Positions 11,501-22,700 of a DNA stretch of 64,000 nucleotides are shown here, piece by piece. The stretch comes from Auanema rhodensis (taxonomy: Eukaryota; Animalia; Nematoda), in assembly GCA_964057225.1 (NCBI GenBank), contig OZ059896.1:12276001-12340000 (forward strand), in the 5' to 3' direction. Each line of letters begins with the position of its first letter. Within the stretch, counting starts at the first letter, position 1. The notes under the pieces were generated by a model. The model made no database searches. It was not told where the DNA came from and worked only from the letters and a program-made list of their open reading frames with translations. The position numbers and the translations under genes are program-made.

Positions 11501-13197
11501 TATCAAACAATCAAGACAATATCTCTTTCTTGAGAATACAGTGGATCAAAACCAACTACAAGTGTGAGACTCGGTCCCTTTACTTCACAAGAGAATCAAA
11601 GACTCACGTACAAGACAGCAAAAGATGCCCACACACTGGATCATGCCAAGAAGAAAAATGCAGCAACATCACCCCAAACTCAACTGTCAGCGAACTTCAC
11701 ATAGCTAACCAGTACCCAGGAACAACACACTGCACAGAATCCTGTGGTGGCATAGGATGCGGATGTTTTTACCCTTCATCAGGATGTCTTTTCTACAGGA
11801 CCTACCAGAAGCCGACTGATACCTCGATATATGAAGTATACGACTGCAACTCTTGGACACCTACAACGGACCTCAGCCTAACATACCGAAACGGATCAAC
11901 CACCATCTCCAAAAACGTCACTCTATACTCTGACGTTCCGAAGCACATATATCCATTCACGCTAACTATTACAAGTCTCTCACCGCCAGTCATACCTGCG
12001 ATGCAATACAAATTCATCCGCAACCTTACAAGAACAGCTATATGGAATCAACAACCCATGCTCTCATGCCCGAGCAGAAGAGACGCTATAAACATGAACT
12101 GTAACGCCACACCCACCTGCGTTTGCACACCGGCAGAAGACCAGGTCAACTGCCAGTGCCACGAAACATCTATCACCTCAGCCTTTACCAACGTACAATC
12201 AGCTATTCCAATGCTAACACCCTCATACATGATCATGAACGAGGAAAGAAACTTACGGATCAACATTAACAGCAACATGTTAACTGTAATCCACATCAAA
12301 ATCGACGGGGAATTCCACACTTCCTCATCTCAAGACTCCACACATTGCAACATTCAGGATTCACCATTAACCGGATGTTACAACTGCAACCGAGGAGCCC
12401 AAGCAAGTATCACATGTACTTCACCTCAACCAACTCTGGCAGCTATACAATGTGGTGAATCCGCATTCATGACACAATGCAGTCCACAAGGAACAACCAA
12501 CTCCATCCAGCTGCCTATCACCTCAGCCTCACCTAGGATCACATGCACATACACCTGCGGAACACAAGAAAACACATTCCTCCTCTCAGGAATGCTGTAC
12601 TACGTCAACACACTTCAAGACCTACGCTCTCATTACATACTCGGGAATCACTCGTCTCTCCAAGAAACAGCCTTCACCTTTTCTTGGCCCGACATTACTC
12701 ACTTCTACAACATCTATCAGGAATGGTACAAAGCATTAGCAACCTGTCTACTCATTGCCATAATCGCTTTTACCTTTTCCTATTACATCATTACAACATA
12801 CGCTACCAGACTAGCACTAGGCACCGCCCACTACATGGCTGCCGCAACATGTTACATCTTCCTCATTCCCCTCCGCGTCTTTATCATTTTTTGGCGCCAG
12901 CTCCTTCTCCTAAAGTCAAGGAAAACTCACATCCTAGTAGTATTCATTCTATTCACTATGTCACTCGCCAACACTAGAGCCTGCGAAATCAACCTAGTCT
13001 TGCAAAGATCACAAGAAAGATGCGACTCGTTTCTGAAGCTCACAAAAGAGAAACGGATTGAATGCTTGAAGGAACTCACCCAGCACATGGACCAATCACT
13101 TAGGGATTTTTACAAAACTGAGACTAGAAAAGAAATGGAACAAGAAATTCTACCCACTAAGAGGAACAAGACTCAGGCGGCGATCATCACCATATAG
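5461..13197 (+). CDS. Gag-Pro-RT-RNaseH-Integrase-Env polyprotein, 2578 aa
   Basis: BEL-type Gag (FDGNVKSWKNFW...EKFNYL); three Cys/His knuckles (CIFC..H..C, CINC..H..C, CSKC..H..C); protease LDSGS; RT YVDN; RNase H with NPADIATRG; integrase HHCC plus GLDYFGP/DNA/GGFYERL; Cys-rich glycoprotein region. No stops or frameshifts. Confidence 0.97.
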   Translation: MPVIRSPTRGQNDMVHQAESNEETRAEQWNSSCSLLLAKLKDNDARRKSYAVRQVTNTSNKTPSMIDTREREISNINGDILAINKLMDEMKHIPTDLRPEDQSRITKNEETLRKHISTLLSYSNDIQEQVNYLKGLNHTENSPDPTHTDSSQPSEHHLIGTAELTHATQPRSWETYRSRPTLKPVDIPRFDGNVKSWKNFWCLFHTLIHSSNMPTIEKFNYLRQSLTGEAASQIASFPTDEDYYFSAVHHLQDLYDDNDNITQHLMLEFLQIQARTSNQHDLLSMMDKIAGIFRQTEGNRNAELNSLAVVILHKKLPGNLLQEIYKSFPSGKTPDIRDLVDITRRHIRCQNKVKIFAADRFEKPITRVYNSPPGNTYNSQRNKPEAKKLAKTSSCIFCQKPHAPWDCDTTKSRKERLTILNQEKRCINCLRKTHNTESCPSKRTCSKCGEKHIDILCANKKKTTKVNLIESTPYNDEETEEHTVQFSSQFSTNQFKSALLPIGEIKIMTNGKISTIPAILDSGSDTSFIEEELAKELQLPVIESKRVKIKTFGNTKSVEHLTKVKATIKGTVSNITAHLWTKKTLTGPIKTVRIPKSDNSTFKLNQGTYVNPRILIGSDLMWQALTAIIPISDDHIQVKTQFGDFITGKASDQPSINAFSVITGNTSIPIDTWNKNFIEEQQEFTGTEQEEKQARDKLVLEQFQSTIQKRDDGYYVSFPWKDNINLLPDNKSLAHRRLISLVVKLSQQPDSLAAYDKIIQEQLDNGIIEPAEEPYPDAQTIHYIAHQAVLTPQKETTKLRIVYDASGHYQNRPSLNDVIHQGPLILPSLVGMILRFRCGKMALIADVKKAFLQIRLHESERDATRFFWLRDISKPMSTENTRTLRFCRVPFGINASPFLLAATIRHHLEQRSNENFLAHQIKENLYVDNLLLATNSEEDLKLGYQETKDIFAEMNMTLQEFITNSPDFNKNLLLEEKNTSAKPKVLGLPWDTETDQWIIQTKLPETKLTKRGITQAIASIFDPMGLISPCLHPLRLFLQNLWTENYDWDTTLPEEHQKTWHTLAENFNFNKTQQRALPEDPNQQYHLVTCTDSSGSALGFCTYLLAATSRIPTLIFAKSKLHSKNSNITIPKAEISALTVGVTNTNKIIKEMKDNIKILSTTFLSDSEITLAWIRRKPDQKTTGVLVQNRIKEIYDHIDQIEDMDIKTYFGYINTKDNPADIATRGCTTDELLNHFWWNPKAQIDKAINGPLFSLPQPEITVNTARTSEEYEESWLEHCNTWIQAQEKWIAENYSLLEKRLPTHYEEAELNLLHLHQHNLLVRLTAAQRNDLRPLLKDHLWHSRGRMQNSELDESAKLPIIVLPKTRTATLIIEHVHNQFHKSTSHTMAEVRQKFWIPQLRSQTISVIRRCVECQRMNNRPFTYPPSGDIPSRRLNRSRPFQHIGLDYFGPLTVKDKPHKVWGCIYTCTVTRLLHLEVIEDLTTKAFLNCLRKIWARRGYPESITCDNATTFELGQKVANRLFSIANTTQTGDSHKIKWHNITPYAPWQGGFYERLIRSVKDSLHKTMKNIPTSEELSITLAECEATLNTRPLTYIGSDTGTDEIIRPCDFIHKDLDLNISFHSDDDDEEYLDNPALQTRADTEKAIHSSRQRTNKFWELWIELYLKELREHHKNNISVKKAGSNQQPRIDQYVLINDSPIPRYKWPIGKITHISPDKNGQTREVTLLSESGRELKRPVNLLHPLELSDDDIPERLRNTNPSRDVPPIRQSNPRNVPRLWYGEQRTNLFTFLSIFSILLPIISATPTISCNYQGVQIQGISTNNQQVCIHNTCYNNSHDGNLIFPPADILTNYDVSWTFQHNSRIHHMMITCPAVHFCSTVTCTFCTATLFNPSCWPWTSMLLLTFLTYMLTALCYGILYTPWVIGKPIRLWIRLCTTIIMTIIKTIRHTRQPRPHKSAIPLLALMSLIQVTFSCQELAITSSEQSTCIQEKCHIQTTHNLNISPYTQEACLTLSNNQDNISFLRIQWIKTNYKCETRSLYFTRESKTHVQDSKRCPHTGSCQEEKCSNITPNSTVSELHIANQYPGTTHCTESCGGIGCGCFYPSSGCLFYRTYQKPTDTSIYEVYDCNSWTPTTDLSLTYRNGSTTISKNVTLYSDVPKHIYPFTLTITSLSPPVIPAMQYKFIRNLTRTAIWNQQPMLSCPSRRDAINMNCNATPTCVCTPAEDQVNCQCHETSITSAFTNVQSAIPMLTPSYMIMNEERNLRININSNMLTVIHIKIDGEFHTSSSQDSTHCNIQDSPLTGCYNCNRGAQASITCTSPQPTLAAIQCGESAFMTQCSPQGTTNSIQLPITSASPRITCTYTCGTQENTFLLSGMLYYVNTLQDLRSHYILGNHSSLQETAFTFSWPDITHFYNIYQEWYKALATCLLIAIIAFTFSYYIITTYATRLALGTAHYMAAATCYIFLIPLRVFIIFWRQLLLLKSRKTHILVVFILFTMSLANTRACEINLVLQRSQERCDSFLKLTKEKRIECLKELTQHMDQSLRDFYKTETRKEMEQEILPTKRNKTQAAIITI
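5501..5512 (+). promoter_or_regulatory. Primer-binding site, probably tRNA-Gly
   Basis: TGGTGCATC immediately follows the LTR and is complementary to the ...GATGCACCA 3' end typical of tRNA-Gly(GCC). Only about 9 nt match. Confidence 0.65.
10825..13197 (+). other. Env region: signal + Gn-like domain + TM, then signal + phlebovirus Gc-like class II fusion protein + TM, then a C-terminal extension
   Basis: Signal-like FTFLSIFSILLPIISA|T (T at 10873); second signal ...LLALMSLIQVTFS|CQE (C at 11383); SKRCPHTGSC and fusion-loop-like CTESCGGIGCGCFYPSSGCLFYR (about 11731-11799); C-terminal hydrophobic helices. Confidence 0.9.
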
Positions 13198-13221
13198 ATG
13201 TTCTCTTCTCGACGGCCGGAG

Positions 13222-13754
13222 TGTGCTGAAGCACTCTCATCCCGTGATAATAGTGTTCCTCCTTAGTTTAAGTTCAATTGTACTTCTTTATTGTCCTCTC
13301 TTTGTACTGTCCATTATCCTCAACTATCTAATCGATAATCCTGTAAGTTGTCACCAACGGCCGATTTGCCGATGAATCACCTATCGCCCTTTGCCATCTG
13401 ATCCATTAGGCAAGATCTTAGGCGCGATAGCCGTCGCCCACTTGCAAGGGGGATGAATCACATAGGATTTAGACCCCTCCTCTCGCTTTCTACAATTAAT
13501 ACATTATCTATCACTTCCGGGGACCTAGTATATAAACCCGCAATAATTCTTCTAAATCATGTCTCAATATTATCCTGCCACCGCTATCATCTTCCCGTCA
13601 ATTTATTTCTGTTTTACTCGTATTGTATTCGTATCGCCGATAATAAACTCTTCTCTTGTACTCGCGTCTATTGCCTATTACTTGGACTAATATTCCACTA
13701 CCACTGAACCACAAATGCCCGTTATTCGCTCTCCAACTAGAGGACAAAACGACA
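13222..13754 (+). repeat. 3' LTR
   Basis: Direct repeat of 4968-5500 at offset 8254, followed by TSD TACTC. Confidence 0.98.
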
Positions 13755-16700
13755 TACTCCATCGCTTTTATTTAATCCCATATTTTAAACAATTTTATAT
13801 TTCTACCACGAATTCATAACTTCATTTTTTAAATTTTTGATCATTAAAAAACATTTAAATTTCAATATTGTGATGCTCAAAAACTGAAACAGTTGAATAT
13901 TTTGTATTTTCTAAACCATTTTACTCCATCGCTTTTATATTTCTACCGCTATTTCATAAATTCATTTTTTAAATTTTTAATCATTAAAAAACATATAAAT
14001 TTCAATATTGTGATGCTCAAAAACTGAAACATTTAAATATTTTGTATTTTCTAAACCATTTCACTCCATCTCTTTCATTTAATTCCATATTTTAAACAAT
14101 TTTATATTTCTACCACGAATTCATAACTTCATTTTTTAAATTTTTGATCATTAAAAAACATTTAAATTTCAATATTGTGATGCTCAAAAACTGAAACAGT
14201 TGAATATTTTGTAATTTCTAAACCATTTTACTCCATCGCTTTTATTTAATTCCATATTTTAAACAATTTTATATTTCTACCGCTATTTCATAATTTCATT
14301 TTTTAAATTTTTAATCATTAAAAAACATTTAAATTTCAATATTGTGATGCTCAAAAACTGAAACATTTAAATATTTTGTATTTTCTAAACCATTTCACTC
14401 CATCTCTTTCATTTAATTCCATATTTTAAACAATTTTATATTTCTACCACGAATTCATAACTTCATTTTTTAAATTTTTGATCATTAAAAAACATTTAAA
14501 TTTCAATGTTGTGATGCTCAAAAACTGAAACAGTTGAATATTTTGTAATTTCTAAACCATTTTACTCCATCTCTTTCATTTAATTCCATATTTTAAACAA
14601 TTTTATATTTCTACCACGAATTCATAACTTCATTTTTTAAATTTTTAATCATTAAAAAACATTTAAATTTCAATATTGTGATGCTCAAAAACTGAAACAT
14701 TTAAATATTTTGTATTTTCTAAACCATTTCACTCCATCTCTTTCATTTAATTCCATATTTTAAACAATTTTATATTTCTACCACGAATTCATAACTTCAT
14801 TTTTTAAATTTTTGATCATTAAAAAACATTTAAATTTCAATATTGTGATGCTCAAAAACTGAAACAGTTGAATATTTTGTAATTTCTAAACCATTTTACT
14901 CCATCGCTTTTATTTAATCTCATATTTTAAACAATTTTATATTTCTACCGCTATTTCATAATTTCATTTTTTAAATTTTTAATCATTAAAAAACATTTAA
15001 ATTTCAATATTGTGATGCTCAAAAACTGAAACAGTTGAATATTTTGTATTTTCTAAACCATTTTACTTCATATCTTTCATTTAATTCCATATTTTAAACA
15101 ATTTTATATTTCTACCACGAATTCATAACTTCATTTTTTAAATTTTTAATCATTAAAAAACATTTAAATTTCAATATTGTGATGCTCAAAAACTGAAACA
15201 GTTGAATATTTTGTATTTTCTAAACCATTTTACTCCATCTATTTTATTTAATCCCACATTTTAATTAATTTTATATTTCTACCGCTGTTTCATAAATTCA
15301 TTTTTTAAATTTTTAATCATTAAAAAACATATAAATTTCAATATTGTGATGCTCAAAAACTGAAACATTTAAATATTTTGTATTTTCTAAACCATTTCAC
15401 TCCATCTCTTTCATTTAATTCCATATTTTAAACAATTTTATATTTCTACCACGAATTCATAACTTCATTTTTTAAATTTTTAATCATTAAAAAACATTTA
15501 AATTTCAATATTGTGATGCTCAAAAACTGAAACATTTAAATATTTTGTATTTTCTAAACCATTTCACTCCATCTCTTTCATTTAATTCCATATTTTAAAC
15601 AATTTTATATTTCTACCACGAATTCATAACTTCATTTTTTAAATTTTTGATCATTAAAAAACATTTAAATTTCAATGTTGTGATGCTCAAAAACTGAAAC
15701 AGTTGAATATTTTGTAATTTCTAAACCATTTTACTCCATCTCTTTCATTTAATTCCATATTTTAAACAATTTTATATTTCTACCACGAATTCATAACTTC
15801 ATTTTTTAAATTTTTAATCATTAAAAAACATTTAAATTTCAATATTGTGATGCTCAAAAACTGAAACATTTAAATATTTTGTATTTTCTAAACCATTTCA
15901 CTCCATCTCTTTCATTTAATTCCATATTTTAAACAATTTTATATTTCTACCACGAATTCATAACTTCATTTTTTAAATTTTTGATCATTAAAAAACATTT
16001 AAATTTCAATATTGTGATGCTCAAAAACTGAAACAGTTGAATATTTTGTAATTTCTAAACCATTTTACTCCATCGCTTTTATTTAATCTCATATTTTAAA
16101 CAATTTTATATTTCTACCGCTATTTCATAATTTCATTTTTTAAATTTTTAATCATTAAAAAACATTTAAATTTCAATATTGTGATGCTCAAAAACTGAAA
16201 CAGTTGAATATTTTGTATTTTCTAAACCATTTTACTTCATATCTTTCATTTAATTCCATATTTTAAACAATTTTATATTTCTACCACGAATTCATAACTT
16301 CATTTTTTAAATTTTTAATCATTAAAAAACATTTAAATTTCAATATTGTGATGCTCAAAAACTGAAACATTTAAATATTTTGTATTTTCTAAACCATTTT
16401 ACTCCATCGCTTTTATTTAATCCCATATTTTAAACAATTTTATATTTCTACCACGAATTCATAACTTCATTTTTTAAATTTTTGATCATTAAAAAACATT
16501 TAAATTTCAATATTGTGATGCTCAAAAACTGAAACAGTTGAATATTTTGTATTTTCTAAACCATTTTACTCCATCGCTTTTATATTTCTACCGCTATTTC
16601 ATAAATTCATTTTTTAAATTTTTAATCATTAAAAAACATATAAATTTCAATATTGTGATGCTCAAAAACTGAAACATTTAAATATTTTGTATTTTCTAAA

Positions 16701-19700
16701 CCATTTCACTCCATCTCTTTCATTTAATTCCATATTTTAAACAATTTTATATTTCTACCACGAATTCATAACTTCATTTTTTAAATTTTTGATCATTAAA
16801 AAACATTTAAATTTCAATATTGTGATGCTCAAAAACTGAAACAGTTGAATATTTTATAATTTCTAAACCATTTTACTCCATCGCTTTTATTTAATTCCAT
16901 ATTTTAAACAATTTTATATTTCTACCGCTATTTCATAATTTCATTTTTTAAATTTTTAATCATTAAAAAACATTTAAATTTCAATATTGTGATGCTCAAA
17001 AACTGAAACATTTAAATATTTTGTATTTTCTAAACCATTTCACTCCATCTCTTTCATTTAATTCCATATTTTAAACAATTTTATATTTCTACCACGAATT
17101 CATAACTTCATTTTTTAAATTTTTGATCATTAAAAAACATTTAAATTTCAATGTTGTGATGCTCAAAAACTGAAACAGTTGAATATTTTGTAATTTCTAA
17201 ACCATTTTACTCCATCTCTTTCATTTAATTCCATATTTTAAACAATTTTATATTTCTACCACGAATTCATAACTTCATTTTTTAAATTTTTAATCATTAA
17301 AAAACATTTAAATTTCAATATTGTGATGCTCAAAAACTGAAACATTTAAATATTTTGTATTTTCTAAACCATTTTACTCCATCGCTTTTATTTAATCCCA
17401 TATTTTAAACAATTTTATATTTCTACCACGAATTCATAACTTCATTTTTTAAATTTTTGATCATTAAAAAACATTTAAATTTCAATATTGTGATGCTCAA
17501 AAACTGAAACAGTTGAATATTTTGTATTTTCTAAACCATTTTACTCCATCGCTTTTATATTTCTACCGCTATTTCATAAATTCATTTTTTAAATTTTTAA
17601 TCATTAAAAAACATATAAATTTCAATATTGTGATGCTCAAAAACTGAAACATTTAAATATTTTGTATTTTCTAAACCATTTCACTCCATCTCTTTCATTT
17701 AATTCCATATTTTAAACAATTTTATATTTCTACCACGAATTCATAACTTCATTTTTTAAATTTTTGATCATTAAAAAACATTTAAATTTCAATATTGTGA
17801 TGCTCAAAAACTGAAACAGTTGAATATTTTGTAATTTCTAAACCATTTTACTCCATCGCTTTTATTTAATTCCATATTTTAAACAATTTTATATTTCTAC
17901 CGCTATTTCATAATTTCATTTTTTAAAATTTTAATCATTAAAAAACATTTAAATTTCAATATTGTGATGCTCAAAAACTGAAACATTTAAATATTTTGTA
18001 TTTTCTAAACCATTTCACTCCATCTCTTTCATTTAATTCCATATTTTAAACAATTTTATATTTCTACCACGAATTCATAACTTCATTTTTTAAATTTTTG
18101 ATCATTAAAAAACATTTAAATTTCAATGTTGTGATGCTCAAAAACTGAAACAGTTGAATATTTTGTAATTTCTAAACCATTTTACTCCATCTCTTTCATT
18201 TAATTCCATATTTTAAACAATTTTATATTTCTACCACGAATTCATAACTTCATTTTTTAAATTTTTAATCATTAAAAAACATTTAAATTTCAATATTGTG
18301 ATGCTCAAAAACTGAAACATTTAAATATTTTGTATTTTCTAAACCATTTCACTCCATCTCTTTCATTTAATTCCATATTTTAAACAATTTTATATTTCTA
18401 CCACGAATTCATAACTTCATTTTTTAAATTTTTGATCATTAAAAAACATTTAAATTTCAATGTTGTGATGCTCAAAAACTGAAACAGTTGAATATTTTGT
18501 AATTTCTAAACCATTTTACTCCATCGCTTTTATTTAATCTCATATTTTAAACAATTTTATATTTCTACCGCTATTTCATAATTTCATTTTTAAATTTTTA
18601 ATCATTAAAAAACATTTAAATTTCAATATTGTGATGCTCAAAAACTGAAACAGTTGAATATTTTGTATTTTCTAAACCATTTTACTTCATATCTTTCATT
18701 TAATTCCATATTTTAAACAATTTTATATTTCTACCACGAATTCATAACTTCATTTTTTAAATTTTTAATCATTAAAAAACATTTAAATTTCAATATTGTG
18801 ATGCTCAAAAACTGAAACAGTTGAATATTTTGTATTTTCTAAACCATTTTACTCCATCTATTTTATTTAATCCCACATTTTAATTAATTTTATATTTCTA
18901 CCGCTGTTTCATAAATTCATTTTTTAAATTTTTAATCATTAAAAAACATATAAATTTCAATATTGTGATGCTCAAAAACTGAAACATTTAAATATTTTGT
19001 ATTTTCTAAACCATTTCACTCCATCTCTTTCATTTAATTCCATATTTTAAACAATTTCATATTTCTACCACGAATTCATAACTTCATTTTTTAAATTTTT
19101 AATCATTAAAAAACATTTAAATTTCAATATTGTGATGCTCAAAAACTGAAACAGTTGAATATTTTGTAATTTCTAAACCATTTTACTCCATCTCTTTCAT
19201 TTAATTCCATATTTTAAACAATTTTATATTTCTACCGCTGTTTCATAAATTCATTTTTTAAATTTTTAATCATTAAAAAACATATAAATTTCAATATTGT
19301 GATGCTCAAAAACTGAAACATTTAAATATTTTGTATTTTCTAAACCATTTCACTCCATCTCTTTCATTTAATTCCATATTTTAAACAATTTTATATTTCT
19401 ACCACGAATTCATAACTTCATTTTTTAAATTTTTGATCATTAAAAAACATTTAAATTTCAATATTGTGATGCTCAAAAACTGAAACAGTTAAATATTTTG
19501 TATTTTCTAAACCATTTCACTCCGTCTCTTTCATTTAATTCCATATTATAAACAATTTTATATTTCTACGACGAATTCATAACTTCATTTTTTAAATTTT
19601 TAATCATTAAAAAACATATAAATTTCAATATTGTGATGCTCAAAAACTGAAACATTTAAATATTTTGTATTTTCTAAACCATTTCACTCCATCTCTTTCA

Positions 19701-22700
19701 TTTAATTCCATATTTTAAACAATTTTATATTTCTACCACGAATTCATAACTTCATTTTTTAAATTTTTAATCATTAAAAAACATTTAAATTTCAATATTG
19801 TGATGCTCAAAAACTGAAACATTTAAATATTTTGTATTTTCTAAACCATTTTACTCCATCGCTTTTATTTAATCCCATATTTTAAACAATTTTATATTTC
19901 TACGACGAATTCATAACTTCATTTTTTAAATTTTTAATCATTAAAAAACATTTAAATTTCAATATTGTGATGCTCAAAAACTGAAACAGTTGAATATTTT
20001 GTAATTTCTAAACCATTTTACTCCATCTCTTTCATTTAATTCCATATTTTAAACAATTTTATATTTCTACCGCTGTTTCATAAATTCATTTTTTAAATTT
20101 TTAATCATTAAAAAACATATAAATTTCAATATTGTGATGCTCAAAAACTGAAACATTTAAATATTTTGTATTTTCTAAACCATTTCACTCCATCTCTTTC
20201 ATTTAATTCCATATTTTAAACAATTTTATATTTCTACCACGAATTCATAACTTCATTTTTTAAATTTTTGATCATTAAAAAACATTTAAATTTCAATATT
20301 GTGATGCTCAAAAACTGAAACAGTTAAATATTTTGTATTTTCTAAACCATTTCACTCCATCTCTTTCATTTAATTCCATATTATAAACAATTTTATATTT
20401 CTACGACGAATTCATAACTTCATTTTTTAAATTTTTAATCATTAAAAAACATATAAATTTCAATATTGTGATGCTCAAAAATTGAAACATTTAAATATTT
20501 TGTATTTTCTAAACCATTTCACTCCATCTCTTTCATTTAATTCCATATTTTAAACAATTTTATATTTCTACCACGAATTCATAACTTCATTTTTTAAATT
20601 TTTAATCATTAAAAAACATTTAAATTTCAATATTGTGATGCTCAAAAACTGAAACAGTTGAATATTTTGTATTTTCTAAACCATTTTACTCCATCGCTTT
20701 TATATTTCTACCGCTATTTCATAAATTCATTTTTTAAATTTTTAATCATTAAAAAACATATAAATTTCAATATTGTGATGCTCAAAAACTGAAACATTTA
20801 AATATTTTGTATTTTCTAAACCATTTCACTCCATCTCTTTCATTTAATTCCATATTTTAAACAATTTTATATTTCTACCACAAATTCATAAATTCATTTT
20901 TTAAATTTTTAATCATTAAAAAACATATAAATTTCAATATTGTGATGCTCAAAAACTGAAACATTTAAATATTTTGTATTTTCTAAACCATTTCACTCCA
21001 TCTCTTTCATTTAATTCCATATTTTAAACAATTTTATATTTCTACCACGAATTCATAACTTCATTTTTTAAATTTTTGATCATTAAAAAACATTTAAATT
21101 TCAATATTGTGATGCTCAAAAACTGAAACAGTTGAATATTTTGTAATTTCTAAACCATTTTACTCCATCGCTTTTATTTAATTCCATATTTTAAACAATT
21201 TTATATTTCTACCGCTATTTCATAATTTCATTTTTTAAATTTTTAATCATTAAAAAACATTTAAATTTCAATATTGTGATGCTCAAAAACTGAAACATTT
21301 AAATATTTTGTATTTTCTAAACCATTTCACTCCATCTCTTTCATTTAATTCCATATTTTAAACAATTTTATATTTCTACCACGAATTCATAACTTCATTT
21401 TTTAAATTTTTGATCATTAAAAAACATTTAAATTTCAATGTTGTGATGCTCAAAAACTGAAACAGTTGAATATTTTGTAATTTCTAAACCATTTTACTCC
21501 ATCTTTTTCATTTAATTCCATATTTTAAACAATTTTATATTTCTACCACGAATTCATAACTTTATTTTTTAAATTTTTAATCATTAAAAAACATTTAAAT
21601 TTCAATATTGTGATGCTCAAAAACTGAAACATTTAAATAATTTGTATTTTCTAAACCATTTCACTCCATCTCTTTCATTTAATTCCATATTTTAAACAAT
21701 TTTATATTTCTACCACGAATTCATAACTTCATTTTTTAAATTTTTGATCATTAAAAAACATTTAAATTTCAATATTGTGATGCTCAAAAACTGAAACAGT
21801 TGAATATTTTGTAATTTCTAAACCATTTTACTCCATCGCTTTTATTTAATCCCATATTTTAAACAATTTTATATTTCTACCGCTATTTCATAATTTCATT
21901 TTTTAAATTTTTAATCATTAAAAAACATTTAAATTTCAATATTGTGATGCTCAAAAACTGAAACATTTAAATATTTTGTATTTTCTAAACCATTTCACTC
22001 CATCTCTTTCATTTAATTCCATATTTTAAACAATTTTATATTTCTACCACGAATTCATAACTTCATTTTTTAAATTTTTGATCATTAAAAAACATTTAAA
22101 TTTCAATGTTGTGATGCTCAAAAACTGAAACAGTTGAATATTTTGTAATTTCTAAACCATTTTACTCCATCTCTTTCATTTAATTCCATATTTTAAACAA
22201 TTTTATATTTCTACCACGAATTCATAACTTCATTTTTTAAATTTTTAATCATTAAAAAACATTTAAATTTCAATATTGTGATGCTCAAAAACTGAAACAT
22301 TTAAATATTTTGTATTTTCTAAACCATTTTACTCCATCGCTTTTATTTAATCCCATATTTTAAACAATTTTATATTTCTACCACGAATTCATAACTTCAT
22401 TTTTTAAATTTTTGATCATTAAAAAACATTTAAATTTCAATATTGTGATGCTCAAAAACTGAAACAGTTGAATATTTTGTATTTTCTAAACCATTTTACT
22501 CCATCGCTTTTATATTTCTACCGCTATTTCATAAATTCATTTTTTAAATTTTTAATCATTAAAAAACATATAAATTTCAATATTGTGATGCTCAAAAACT
22601 GAAACATTTAAATATTTTGTATTTTCTAAACCATTTCACTCCATCTCTTTCATTTAATTCCATATTTTAAACAATTTTATATTTCTACCACGAATTCATA

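Larger units (their letters stand above)
4968..13754 (+). mobile_element. Full-length BEL/Pao (Belpaoviridae) LTR retrotransposon / endogenous virus with env, 8787 bp
   Basis: Two 533-bp direct repeats with TGT...ACA ends; 5-bp TSD TACTC at 4963-4967 and 13755-13759; PBS after the 5' LTR; single polyprotein with BEL/Pao domain order. Confidence 0.98.

Noticed and set aside
5619-12977. Many short antisense and alternate-frame ORFs in the retroelement
   Set aside because: They are shadows of the A/C-rich polyprotein frame and have no motifs.
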